Positions 22,530 to 35,708 of a stretch of 64,000 bases of DNA are shown here, piece after piece. The stretch is from Setoptus koraiensis (Eukaryota > Animalia > Arthropoda), in assembly GCA_048013815.1 (NCBI GenBank), contig CM106585.1:21080001-21144000 (forward strand). The letters are read 5' to 3'. The position numbers were made by a program, and so were the translations under genes. The notes beneath the pieces were generated by a model. The model did not search any database. It was not told the origin of the DNA and was given only the letters and a program-made list of their open reading frames with translations. How positions within the stretch are numbered: the stretch's first letter is position 1; each line of letters starts with the position of its first letter.

Positions 22530-25500
22530 TTGGTTTATTTAATTGTTTTCTTTTTGTTTCTATTTTTGTTGTGATTGATTGTCTTTTTTTTGATTCTTTG
22601 TGTAATTTTTTGATTTGATTTTTTGTTTTTCTTTTTTATTTCTTGTTTTTTTTTGTTGAACTCCTATTTTTTTGTTTTTTTTTTTTGTTTTTTTTTTTTT
22701 TTTTTTGCGTTCTGTTTTGATGTTTTTTTATGCCAATTTGTTATCTCTGTTTTTGATGTTTTCTTTTTTTTTTTTTGTTTTTATTTTTTGTGCCTCTTGT
22801 TTCTTGCTTCTATATTTCATGTTCCCTTTTTTTTTTTCTTTTGTTATTTTTTTTTTTTTTTTTTTGATCTTTTGTTTTTGGCGTTTTTTTTTTTTTTTCT
22901 TTTTTTTATTTTGTACTTTTTTGTTTTATCTTTTTTTTTTCTTGTTTTTTTGTTTTTTGCTGATCGTTTGTTTTTTTTTGTTTTTCTTATTTTTTTTTTT
23001 TTTTTTTTTTTTTTCTAGTTTCTTTTTTTTTTTGTATTTTGTTGTTTTTGTTGTTGTTGTGTTTATTTTATGTTTTTGTGTTGTGTGTGTGTTTCTTTTT
23101 TGTTTTTTTGTATTTATTTTTTGATTTTTGTTTGTTTGTGTTGTTTTTATGTGTTTTTTTTTGTGTTTGATTGTTTTGATGTCTTTTTGATTTGTATATG
23201 TTGGTGTGTATTTGTGTGTTTGTTTCTATGTGTGTTGATTTTTGTGTGTTTGTATGTGCTTATGTGTTTTTTTTTGTGTTTGTGTTTTGTGTATATTTTT
23301 TATGATGTTTCTTGTTTGTGTTTGTTTTGTGTTGTTGTTTTGATGTTTTTTTGTATGTTTTGTTTTTTTTGTTTTTTGTTGTGTGTTCTGTTTTGTTTTG
23401 TGTTTTTGTGTGTGTGTTTTTTGTTTTGTGTTTTTGTGGTTTTGTGTTTTTTGTTTATGTGTTTGATTTTGTATTGTTTTTGTTGTGTTTTTTGTTGTTT
23501 GTTTTTATTTTTGTTTTGATGATGTTTTTTTTTTGCTTTTTGTTTGTGTGTGTTTTTTTTTGTTTTTTGTTTTGTGTTTGTTTGGTGTGATTTTTTGTTT
23601 TTTTTGCTTTTTTGTTTTGTTTGTGTTTTTTGTGTGTGTGTGTGTGTTTTTATTGTTGTGTTGTTTGCTGTTTGTGATTTTGTTTTTTGTTTTTTTGATT
23701 TTTTTCTTTTTTGTTGTTTGTTTTTGTTTTGTGTGTGTTTTTTGATTTTTTGTTTTTGTATGTTGTGATTTTTGTTGTTTTTGTTTTGTTTTTTGTTTCT
23801 GATTTTGTTTTTGTTTTGTGTTTTTGTGTTTTTTTTGTTTGTTTTTTTTGATTTTTTGTGTTTTGTGTTTTTTTTGTAATTTTTTGTATGTTTTTTTTGT
23901 TTGTTTTGTTTTGATGTTTGTTTTTTTGTTTTGTGTTTTGTTGTTTTTTTGTTGTTTTTTTGTTTTTTGTTTTGTTGTTTTGTGTATGTTATTGTTGTGT
24001 TTTTTTGTTTTGTTTTGTTTTTGTTTTTTGTTTTGTATGTATGTTTGTGTTTTTTGTTTTTTGTTGTTTTGTTTTTGTGTTTTTTTTGTTTTTGATGTTA
24101 TGTGTGATTTTTTTGTTTGTTTTTTTGTGTTATTTTGTTTTGTATTTCTTTTTGTTTTTGTTTTGTGTTTTGTTTTATGATGTTGTTTTTTTTTGTTGTT
24201 TGTTTTTTTTGTTTTTTGTGTTTTGTGTCTTTGTGTGTGTGTTTTTTGTTGATTTGTATTTTTTGTTTTTTGTTTTATTTTGTGTTTTTGTTGTTGTTTG
24301 TGTTTGTTATGTTTTTTTTTGTATTTTTGTTTTTGTTTGTTTGTTGTGTTTTTGTCTTTGTTTTGTTTTTTGTGTTTTTTGTTTTTTTGTTTTTTGTTTT
24401 TTGTTTGTAGTTGTTTTTTTTTGTTTTTTGTGTTTTTTTGTTGTCTTTTTGTTTTGTTTTTGTTTTGATGTGTTGATTTTGTTTTTTTGTTCGATTTTTT
24501 TTTTGTTTTTGTTTTGTTTGTTTTTGTTGTTGTTTATGATTTTTATGTATTGTTGTGTCTGTTGTTTTTTGTTCTTGTTGGTGTTTGTTTTTGTGTGTGT
24601 TTGTTTTGTGCTTTTTTTTGTGATTTTTTTTTGATTCTGTTTCTTTTGGATGTTTGTTTTTTGTTTGTATGTGTTTTGTTTTATTTGTTTTTTTGTTAAT
24701 TTTTTATTGTTGATTTTTTTTGATTGTGTTTTTTTATTTGTTTTTTGTTTTTTGTGTTTTTTTGATGTTTATTTTTGTTGTTTTTGATGTTTGTGTGTTT
24801 TTTGTTGATTCTGTTTGTGGTTGTTTATGTTTTGTTTTTTTGTTTTTTTGTTTGTGTGTGTGATGTATTTATGTTTGTTTTTGTGATTGTGTATGTTTTT
24901 TGTGATTGAGTTGTTTGTTGCTGTCTTTGTTTATTTTGTTTTGTGTTTGGTTTGTATGATTGTTTTTGTTTTTGTTTTGTGTTTATTTTGTTATTTTTGT
25001 GTTTTTGATTTATGTGTTTTGTTTATGTGTTTTGTGTTTTGTTTTTTGATGCTTGTATGTATTTTTTTTGTTTTTTTTGTTGTGTGTTTTTGTTTTGTAA
25101 TTTGTGTGTTTTCTTTGTTTTGTATTTTGTTATTATTGTATGTTTGTTTTTTGATGTGTGTGTGATATGGTTTATTGTTTTTCTTTGATTGTTTTGTTTT
25201 GTTTTTTGTTTTTTTTTGATTTTGATTTTGTTTGTGTCTTTTGCTTTTTGTTTTTTTTGTTTGTTTTGTTTTTATGTTTTGTCTGTTTGTTTTTTTGTGT
25301 TTGTTTTGTCTTTGTTTTGTTGTGTTGTGTTTTTTTGTGTTTTTGTGCATGTTTTTGTTTGTTTTGTGATGATCTTGTGATGTTTTTGTGTGTGTTTTGT
25401 GATTTTTTTTGTTGTTTTGTTTGTAGTTTTGTTTTTGTGTTTTTTGATGATGTTTGTATGTGATGTGTTCTTTTGTTTTTTTGTGTTTTTTTTATTTGAT

Positions 25501-28500
25501 GTTTGTGTCTATGTCTTCTGTGATGATTGTTTTTGTGTTTTGTTTTTTGTTTTGTCTTTTGTTGGATGTTTTTATGTTTGTTTTTGTTTTTTGTTTATGT
25601 TAGCATTTCTGTTGTTTTTTGATCTCTTTCTTTTTGTTGATGTGTTTGTGTTTGTATGTTTTGTGTTTTGTCTTATATGGATGTGTGTGTGTTTTTGTAG
25701 ATGTTTGATATTTTTGTTTTGTAATGTGTGTCGGTCTATTTTTGGTTGATGTCTCATGTGTATTTGTGTTATTGTTTTTCTTGTGCCATGTCTTTTATGT
25801 TTTTGTGCGTGTTTTTGTGTGAGTTGTTGTGTGATCTGTTTTTTGTTGTTTTTCATGTTTTTGTCTTGATTGTTTGTTTTGTTTGTGTTTTCTTGAATGT
25901 TTGCTGATGTATAGGTGTTGTTTTTATGTATTTTTGTTTGTTTGACTGTATATTTTTTGTTTGTGATTTTGTTTTTGACATTTGTTTTTGACATTTTGGT
26001 TTTTCGACTGTGAGTTTTTGCTGTGTTATTTGCTGATTTGTTTTTCTGTTTGTGAATTTTGCTACTTCATTGTGTTTTTTGATTTGTTTGTGATGTTTAG
26101 TATTGCAAATTCTGTTGTGTTTTCTGTTATCTTTGTCTTTTTATTTGTTTTTTGCGGGAAAAATGTTATGTTTGATTTATTATGCTTCGTTTTTGATATT
26201 GTTTTTTTGTGATTTTAGAGTATTTGATGTGTCTTTTGTTTTTTTTGTGTGTGATGTTGAATTTTGTGTTTGGTATTTTTGTGATTTTCTGTTTTGTTTT
26301 TTATGTGTGTTTTTTGTGTCTGTATGTGTTTTGATTTTTTGTGTTTTTGTTGAGTTTTCTTATGAGTTTTTATGATTTTTTGTGTTTTGTGTTGTTGTTT
26401 GTATTGTTTTTGTGTGATATCTGTTTGTATTTTTCTTTTGTTTGTTTTTGTCGTTTGATTGATTTGTTTTTTTCTTTTGGTTGATTTGTTTTTTTTGTTT
26501 TTGTGTTTGTGTGTGTTTTTTGTCTGGTTTTTTTGAATTCTGTTGTTGTGTTTGTTGTGTTGCTTTTTGTTGCTTTTTGTGTGCTTTTGATTTTCTGTTC
26601 TTGTTTGTTATTTTGTTTTTGTTTTCTGTTATTTGTTATCTTTTGTGTGTTTTTTGTTTTGTATCTGTTTTAGTTGTGATTCTTGTTTTGTGATGTGTTT
26701 TTGTGTTTTTTTTGTGATATCTGTGTTTTTTTGTTTTTTTTTTGTCTATTTTGTGTGTTTTTGTGTGTTGATTTTGCACATTTTTTGATTTGTTTTTTGT
26801 GTTGTTTTTTATTTTTGTATTTTTTTGTTTGTGTTGTATGTGTTTTTGGTGTGTTTTTCTTTGTTTGTTATGTTTGTCTGCTTTGATTTTGTTTTTGTTT
26901 TTGATTTTGTGTGTGTGATTTTTGTTTTTTGCTTTTTGATGTGTTGTTTTCTTTTTGTGCTATGATTTTATTTTTGTTTGTGTTTGCTGCTGTTGTTTTT
27001 TTTGTGTGTGTTGATTTTGCATTTTTTTGTTTGTTAGACTCTGTGTTTTTTGTCTGTTTTTTGATGTTTTCTGTTTTTTGTATTTTTTTGTGTATGTTTG
27101 TTTGTTGTCTTTGTGTGTGTTTTTTGTTGTCTTCTGTTTGTGTTATTTGTTTTTGTGTCTCTGTTTTTTTTGTGATGTTTTTTTTGTTTTTTTCTTTGTG
27201 TTTTTTTTTTTTGTATTTTTTTTGTTTTTTTGTTTTGTGTTTTGTGTGGTGTTTTTGTGTTGTGTGTGTTTTTTTTGTGTGTTTTTTTTGTGTTTTTTGT
27301 TTTTGTTTTGTTTTTGTTTTTTATTGTGTTTGTGTTTTTTTGTGTGATTGTTGTTTTTTTTGTTGTTGTTTTTGTCTTTTTTGTGTGTTTTTTTGTTTTT
27401 TTTGTTTTGTGTTTTTGTATTTTTGTGTTTTTTTTTGTGTTGTTTTTTTGTTTTTTATTTTTTTTTTATTTATTTTTTTGTGTTTTGTTTTATATTTTTG
27501 ATTTGTTTTTTGTGTTTTTTATGTTTTGTATTTTTTTATGTTTTTTGTTTTGTTTTGATGTTTTTTATTTTGTTTTTTTTATTTTTGTGTGTTTGTTGTT
27601 TTTGTGTTTTGTTTTTGTTTGTATTTGTTTTATTTTTCTTTTTTTCATTGTTTTTTTTTGTTTTTTTTTTGTGGTTTTTTTTGTTTTGTGTGTTTTTGTT
27701 TTTTTTATTTTTTTGTTTTTGTGAGTATGTTTTTTGTTTTGTTTTTGTGTGTGTGTTGTTTTTTTGTTTTTTTTTTTTGTTTATTTTGTGATTTTGTCTT
27801 TTTTGTTTTTTATTTTGTATTTTGTGATTTTGGGTTTTTTTGTTTAGTTTTTTTGTTTTGTTTGTTTTTTGTTTTGTTTTTTTGTTTTCATGTGTTTGTT
27901 TGTTGTGTGTGTATATGATGTGTTTTTTGATGTGTGGTGTTGTGTCTATTGTTGTGTTTTGCTGTTTTTTGTTTTTTGTTTGTGGCGCATCTGTTGTGTT
28001 TTTTGATGTTTTTTTGTTTTTGTATATGTTTTTTGAATTTTTTTGTGAGTGTATTTTGTTTTCTATGTTTTTTTTGTTTTTTTGTGTGTGTGTGTTTTTG
28101 TGTATTTTTTTGTGTTTTGAATGGTTTTTATGTGTATTGTTTTTATGTGTTTTTTGTGTTTTGTGTTTTTTCTGTTTTATTGTTTTTTGTGTGTGTTTTT
28201 GTTTTTGTATTTTTGTTTTATGTGTAGTATGTTTTTTTGGTGTTTTTGTGTGTTTTGTTTTGTGTCTTTTTGTTTGTGTGTATTTTTGTTTTTTGATGAT
28301 TTTTTCTGTTGTGTGTGTGTGTGTTGTATGTTTTTGTGTGTTTTTTGTGTTGTATGTTTTGTTTTTGTTTTTTTTGTTTATGTTTTTTTTGTTTTTTTGT
28401 GTGTGTGTGTTTTTTTGTTTATTTTTGTATGTTTTTTTTTGTGTATGTTTTTGTTTTTTTGTGTTTTGTTTTTTTTTGTGATTTGTTTTTATTTTTGATT

Positions 28501-30118
28501 TTGTTTTTGTGTTTTTTTTTGTTTTGTTTGTTTGTTTTGTTTTTTTTTTGTGTTTTTTTTTGTTTTTTTTATTTGTTTTTTGTTTTTGTGTGTGTGTGTT
28601 TTTTGTTTTTTGTTGTTATGTCTGTTTTTTATGTTTTTTTTGTGTTTTGTGTTTTTTTGTTATATTTTTTTGTTTTTATTTGTATGTTTTGTTTTTTTGT
28701 GTTTTTGTTCTTTTTTGTGTGTTTTTTATGTCTGATTTTTTTTTGTTGTTGTGTTTTTTTGTCTGTTTTGTTTTTGTTTGTTTTTTTTGTTTTTTTATTT
28801 GTATTGGTTTCTTTTGTTTTTTTGTGTTTTTGTTTTTTTTGTTGTGATTTTTGTTTTTGTTTTTTTTTGTATTTTGTATTTTGTTTTGGTGTTTTTTTTG
28901 TATTTGTATTATTTTGTATGTTTTGTTTTTGTTTGTGTTTTTGTTTTTGTTCTTTGTTTTTGTTGTTTTTTTGTTATGTCTTGTGTGTGTTTTTGTTTTT
29001 GTGATATTTTGTTTTATTTTTTTATTTTTTTATTTTTGTTCTTTTTTTCTTTTTGTTTTGTTTTTTTGTTGTTTATTTTGTTGTGTAGTGTTTTGATTTT
29101 ATTTTTTTTGTCTTTTTTTCTTGTCTTTTTTCTATTTTTTTATTTTTGTTGTTTGCATGTTTCTTTTTTTGTCTTTTTTTTGTTTTTTTTGTTTGTATGT
29201 TTTTGCTCTTATATTTTTGTTTTTATATGTTTTTTTTGTTGTTTTGTGTTTTTTTGTTTTTTTATTTTTGTTTTATTTATTTGTGTTGTGTATTTGTTCT
29301 TTTTGCTTTTGTTTTTTGTTGGTTTTGTTTTATTTGTTTTTATTTGTTTTTGTGTGTGTATGTTTTATTTGTTGTTTGCTTTAATGTTTGTGTTTTTTGT
29401 TTTGTGTGTTATTTTGTTTTTCTTTTGTCTAGTGTTGTTGCTTGTGTTTTTGTGTATTCGTTTTTGTGTTTGTGATTAGTTTTATGTGTTTGTTTTGTAT
29501 TTTTTGTATGTGTTTATTTTGTTGTGTTTTGTTTTTTTTGTTTTTGATGTTTTTTTGTTTTTTGTTTTTTTGTTTGTGTGTGTTGTTTGTGTTTTTTTGT
29601 TGTTTGGTTTTTGTTTTTTTGTTTTGTTTTTGATAGTGTTGTTTTTATTGTGTTTTTGTGTTTGTTGTTTTTTTGTTTGTGTTATTTTTTTTTGTGTTTT
29701 TTTTTGTTTTTTGTGTATGTTTTGTTTTTTTGTTTTTGTGTGTTTTGTGTTGTTTTTGATTTTGTTTTTGTTGTTGTGTTTTGATTTGTTATTTTTTGGT
29801 CTTTTTTGTTTGTTATTGTGTTTGTTTTTGTTTTTGTTTTTGTTGTTTTTTTTTTTTTTGTTTTGTTTTTTTGTTTTTTGTGTTGTTTTTTTTGTTTTTG
29901 GTAGATGTTGTTGTTTTTTGTTTGTGTATGTTTTTTGTTTTTGTTTTGTTGTTTTTGCTGTTTTGTTTTTTGTTTTTTGTTTTGTTTATGTCTTCTTTTT
30001 TGTGTTGTGTATGTTTTGTGTGTGTATTTTCTGTTTTTGTTGTTTTTGTTTTTCTTTGTTTGATTTGTTTTTGTTGTTTTTTTGTTTTGTTGTTTTGTTT
30101 GTTTGTTTTTTGTTTTTT
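22530..30118. other. 7.6-kb aperiodic T/G-rich low-complexity block, probably a low-quality long-read artefact at a contig end
   Basis: Almost only T and G on the + strand, no repeat unit, gradual onset, and directly abuts the N gap. Confidence 0.8.
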
Positions 30119-30618
30119 NNNNNNNNNNNNNNNNNNNNNNNNNNNNNNNNNNNNNNNNNNNNNNNNNNNNNNNNNNNNNNNNNNNNNNNNNNNNNNNNNN
30201 NNNNNNNNNNNNNNNNNNNNNNNNNNNNNNNNNNNNNNNNNNNNNNNNNNNNNNNNNNNNNNNNNNNNNNNNNNNNNNNNNNNNNNNNNNNNNNNNNNNN
30301 NNNNNNNNNNNNNNNNNNNNNNNNNNNNNNNNNNNNNNNNNNNNNNNNNNNNNNNNNNNNNNNNNNNNNNNNNNNNNNNNNNNNNNNNNNNNNNNNNNNN
30401 NNNNNNNNNNNNNNNNNNNNNNNNNNNNNNNNNNNNNNNNNNNNNNNNNNNNNNNNNNNNNNNNNNNNNNNNNNNNNNNNNNNNNNNNNNNNNNNNNNNN
30501 NNNNNNNNNNNNNNNNNNNNNNNNNNNNNNNNNNNNNNNNNNNNNNNNNNNNNNNNNNNNNNNNNNNNNNNNNNNNNNNNNNNNNNNNNNNNNNNNNNNN
30601 NNNNNNNNNNNNNNNNNN
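30119..30618. other. Assembly gap (500 N)
   Basis: Directly visible. Confidence 1.
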
Positions 30619-31036
30619 GCAGCTTCTCAACTCCAACAAGATCTCCTTTGATCTGTTTTAGTTCACCACAAATTATTGAGCATAATATTGAGGCCATCTT
30701 TGATTGCTTGACTTTTGGCTTCACTGATTCTATCAACTCAATACATTGATCTGGGTTTGATTGAATTTGTGATACAACCTTGGACATGAACTCCACTAAA
30801 GACAATGGATTGATCCTCATCTCAAATTCGGCTACGAAATTCTGGTGTAGAGCCAACAAGTTCTTATCGCCTGGTGCATGACTGATGTAGTCAAATATCT
30901 TCAGGGTCAACTGATGCCACAGTTTTTTAGTATACAAATCCTCAAAAGCCGCAAACCAAGACAGATGTTCGGGATTAGCTAATTGCTGAGCTTGTAGGTA
31001 AGCTATGACAACTTCTTTCTCTAAACGTTGAGCCAT
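30619..31036 (-). CDS. PSMD13: 26S proteasome lid subunit Rpn9/PSMD13, N-terminal about 139 aa; truncated by the gap
   Basis: FEDLYTKKLWHQLT and NFVAEFEMRINPLSLVE are characteristic Rpn9 N-terminal motifs. Confidence 0.92.
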
Positions 31037-33967
31037 GTTGGTGTCGAATACTAAGATCTATTTGGCTTAAATATAAATTGTTTCCTTTGTTGGGCAGTCG
31101 AAGAATGGAAATGACAGTCGCCTCAGTAATATGATGAAGGAGAGATATCAAAAGTCACCAATGATCGTATGTTATTGACAACAATTGAACACACATGACC
31201 AATGGCTTGAGTGCATGATAAAATACTGAGCGCACAATTTAAATCATCTTACTCGGACAGCGGGCTGAATTCTCAATGAAGTTCCCACTCTCGATGGAAG
31301 ACACATTTCAAAGTTTCCTCCGAATTCGCACTCAGGAACCATTCCAGTTCTGATATAGTGTTGGGAATGATGAAATCTTGATAAGAATCTACCATCATTC
31401 AGATGGTGTATTATACTTCATTCTTTATTGAAAACTCGAAACAAGCAGGGCGCAAATATCGCTGTTTTGTGACAAATAATATGATTATCATTCGGCAAAT
31501 GCCATCAGAAGATCTATGTTGCATCCTGAGTTACGAAATAATGTTATTAGATCTCATTCTCCCGAGAGAAAGTAATAATAATGTGTAATGATAAAGTGTA
31601 TAATATAATAATAAATCAATATTTAGGTACATAGACGATGTCGAACAGGTCTCTATCACATCATTGTTGTTATTCCATACTGCGATGATCCTCATGTTAT
31701 ATAATATATATATATATATATATATATGAGGCACAGGAGAACTTTGAGCGACATTTACATGATTACTTTTTAACTTGGGCATGATTTCGTGGATGAGCCC
31801 TTTTATTAGATATATCGGCAAAAGCTCTATCGCAGATATAACATTTTTATCACCGATTATCACTTCCTGAAAGAGATATTATGGCCATTACCAATTCAAG
31901 CTTTGTTGCTTGCATTCTAAATCAAAGCGTTTCATGATCTAGCAACTACTAATACTAGCTCTTATCACTTACTAAGCCTCTGTTTCCAAAATCATCCTGG
32001 AAATTAATTAAACTCACTTTTACCTGTTGACCGAGCATACAAGAACAATTTCACTCCATCGAGATCCATCGAGTTCTACCGCTCACAGAGCCGATTGACA
32101 AGATAACGAGAGGATCCTTGAGCCACAAAAGTCTGTCAATTAAGATAGGCGTACAACAACAAATGATAAAACAACCATCCGCGAAATATTGAGGCGTTAG
32201 CTCTGGCAAGGATTTTATTGATTCTATTCGATGCTGAGTACATAATAAATCCCCGGAATCTATTACTTGTTTCGAGAAAAAGTGTCATCAAATCAACAGG
32301 TAGTGTTTGTGGTTATTCATATGATCTAGATAGGTTAATCTTTACATGAGTACGTGCATCTCTCGATAATGATAGCCACCCGATCTCGATTCGCGATCGA
32401 AATCGGATGGCAAATGCTAGCAATAAAAAGATATTGTCTACGATGAACTTTCTTCTCACGACATCTAGCAAAAATAGAATAGAAACTCAACATATAACAC
32501 GGTCATATCAAAAATGTTTACCAATCGACTTCGTACAAACATCATCTTTATATCAATAACAAGAAAACCCAATCTGTTCTGCGATCATGTATAACTATAA
32601 TCGATCTCAGTCGGGAAACGTTTACTGTAATTGATCCGTTGAACCTATGACTGTAGAATTCCATAGATGAATTTAACATTGAATACGACACAGAATTCTC
32701 GGTTCTGAGGTTTGGTCATAAATGCATGAAATGCCTCTTAGTTGCACTGCCAACTTCTATCCCTTCAACTATCGGCGGTACACCATATTGCGAAGACTGC
32801 GTATCCCTAAGCCATTTTATCCGGTAGAGTATCGAGTCGAATTAATCGAAGTTATCGTTATCGCAAGTCGATCGACAACTACTGCTCTATCTGCCGGTTG
32901 CGTATCTGCGATCGCAACCTTATTTGTGTATGTTTGAAATATTCCGAAGAGTTGTTATTGTTTTTGTTGGCTTCCATAAAAGAGACGAAGAAAAAGTGGT
33001 AAAAGTTGATATGAAAACCATCGAGATCGTGTTAGTCTCATTGTCATCAAGTTCGGGGACACTTATTATCTTATTTTTACTTTTATGTCACTTTTATATT
33101 GTATGTTATAGATTGTTATAGATTGTATCAATCCACATGTTATTTGAGACGCTGGTAGCTCGGGAGCGCCGACTGCAGTCATGGCCGTTGCAAAACCGAG
33201 TTCATACATTGTAAACTGACAGCTAATATGTTAGAAATTTTCTATCATTGTCAAGTTGGCAAGTTGAACAATTTTCAATACTCTGACGGTGTAAAGTGAA
33301 TACAGTGAAGTGCAGTTTGATAGTCTGAGATGATCAAAATGAATAGCCTCTAACTGTGTGACAAGTGAGAATCAGTTTTGAGTTAGAAATATTGAAACTT
33401 AGACTATGTATCAAAATGTTCATTTCGCTGGCAATAAACTTAAGTGTTGGATAGAGCACAATCAGAATGCAAAGAATTACTCAGAAAAAAAGATTTCTAA
33501 TAAGAGAAGTGCTCGTTTCCACCTCGTGTAATTGACATTAGGCTTTCGCCAATTGAACAAAGGAATTCGATTATTTACAGCTTCGCGAACAACAACCAGT
33601 TGTTGGCTCGTGTTTCTCTCTTTTGATTTAAATATTCATTCTGTCAATTGAATTTTTGGCGGCATTAATATCACGCTATCTTGGTGTATCGCGGTGATGA
33701 AGTTTAATGGAAACGTTATCTGCGAGTTGAAAGCTTCTACTATGATAACCGGTTTCGTTGTGAATAGTAACTGGATAGGCTGTATTGGATCTGGGCAGAC
33801 TAAATATTAGGACAGAAAGTTTGTATATTCTATTTACGATTTTGTTTATTGGTTTTTTTTCATAATATGATTTTCTTTCGCTCTCCTCTTTCAGTAATTT
33901 ATAAGGTGACGGGTATGTGTGCGAGAGTAATTTTATAGATGTTTCATCGATTCTCGACAAGTTGTGA

Positions 33968-34756
33968 TCACTTTTCCTCTTGGTCTTGTGGTTCTTCGCG
34001 CTCATCACCGGCATCAGACGTCCATAATGTAAGATTATCGCGTAACAATTGCATGATCAATGTACTGTCTTTGTAAGAGTCCTCGTTGAGAGTGTCAAGC
34101 TCAGCAATAGCATCATCGAATGCATCCTTGGCTAAACGACAAGCCTTGTCTGGAGAGTTGAGGATTTCGTAGTAAAAGACTGAGAAATTGAGAGCGAGAC
34201 CCAGCCTAATGGGATGCGTCGGTTGCATCTTGTTTTTGCTTATATCAAACGCTTCTTGGTAAGCTTTCTGGGATTCATCAACCACACCATCCCTAGCCTC
34301 TCCGGTTGCTACTTCAGCTAAATATCTGTAGTAGTCTCCCTTCATCTTCAAGTAAAATACCTTGCTCTCTGGATTGGTGGCTTTTGGGATTAAAAATTTA
34401 TCCAGTAAATTCAAAACATCATAACAGATCTCCCTGAGTTCCTTCTCTACCTTTTCGCGGTATTCTCGGGCCATCTGTTGTTTTCGTTCGCTGCCTTCTG
34501 TCTTTTGCTCAATGCTCGAGATAACCCGCCACGAGCTTCTACGTGCTCCCACAACATTCTTGTATGCGACAGATAATAGGTTTCTCTCTTCGTTAGTTAA
34601 TTCTACACCAGTTTCTGTAACCAATTTCATGGCCGACGCCATATCATCGTAACGTTCGGCCTGTTCAGCAAGCTTGGCACGTTGAACTTGTTCATCCTTG
34701 TCCAAATTTGTTGAGGTGGTGGTGGCTGCTGCCGCTGGTGCTGACTCGGTTGCCAT
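33968..34756 (-). CDS. 14-3-3zeta: 14-3-3 protein (zeta-like), copy A, intronless, 262 aa
   Basis: Complete signature motifs [54 protein letters not shown] and [19 protein letters not shown]. Confidence 0.98.
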   Translation of the reverse strand: MATESAPAAAATTTSTNLDKDEQVQRAKLAEQAERYDDMASAMKLVTETGVELTNEERNLLSVAYKNVVGARRSSWRVISSIEQKTEGSERKQQMAREYREKVEKELREICYDVLNLLDKFLIPKATNPESKVFYLKMKGDYYRYLAEVATGEARDGVVDESQKAYQEAFDISKNKMQPTHPIRLGLALNFSVFYYEILNSPDKACRLAKDAFDDAIAELDTLNEDSYKDSTLIMQLLRDNLTLWTSDAGDEREEPQDQEEK

Positions 34757-35669
34757 TATAATTGATAATCAATAATAATATTATTGTGTTTATATATATA
34801 TATATATTTATATATGTGTATATATATATAAATGTACGTATTTAAATATATATATATATATGTGTGTGTATGCTTCAATATAATTTCGTTAGCTTCGGCT
34901 GGTGGTGTTTCAAAGTTAAAGCAATGCTATGGGTTCGAAATGTTGCCGTAAATAGTGAGGTTGCGAAAAAATTGTCGATTAAGATTTATTTAATTTATGC
35001 TTGTGTCTATTTAGATCATAATAGTGTTCAATAGCGTAGAATGTATGTAATAGTGATGGTAATAATAATAATGATTATATCAGTAACGTGTAATAATATG
35101 ATGTTAGTTAACCTAACAATTGTGTGGTGCAGCGAATAGGAGAAGGAGTATGTCCGTGGATATGAGTATGCTTAGGTCTGTCTGTGTGTGTGTGCGTGTG
35201 TGCGTGTGTGTGTGTGTGTGTGTGAGTGTGTGTGTGTGTGCGTGTGTGTGTGTGTATCCCAAGAGTGCGCTATTTCTCCTACAGTAGTTTAGTCCTTTGC
35301 TATAGTAACAGCAGCAGCAGTATGAGCTGTGGTAATGGTAGTAGTTGTGGTGGTATGGTAGCAGCAGCGGCGACTGCGGCGCTGAAGGCAGCGGCCGCGA
35401 TGCACACATTCGCATGTACAGTGGCAAACACACACACTCACATACTCGGGCAGCACACACAGACAGCTAGACTCAGCTTTGAATAGCAGCGGCAACAACA
35501 GCAGTTAAAAGCGGAGCAACATTAGCCACCCTGCTTGCCTGCTAAAAATTTTTGACATGCATCGTGACGAACGAACAGACAGACATTACCCATAGAATGG
35601 CCAGTAGTCAGTGACGCACGTACACACCAACACACACAAGTGCGCATACACACACACACATACTCACTG

Positions 35670-35708
<39 letters not shown>

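Noticed and set aside
22530-30118. T/G block as bisulfite-like C-to-T conversion, telomeric repeat or satellite
   Set aside because: A is depleted as well as C, and there is no periodic unit.
22623-30749. Dozens of F/V/C/L-rich (+) and K/T/N/Q-rich (-) ORFs
   Set aside because: By-products of T/G low-complexity sequence that rarely forms stops; this includes the apparent extension of PSMD13 through the gap.
33151-33205. tRNA-like fragment (GGTAGCTC...GACTGCAGTC)
   Set aside because: No cloverleaf or T-loop consensus.
33676-34014. 112-aa alternative-frame ORF overlapping the 14-3-3 A stop and 3' UTR
   Set aside because: Copy B has one fewer T in a homopolymer, which closes the frame early. 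A/B differences in this flank show no codon periodicity.
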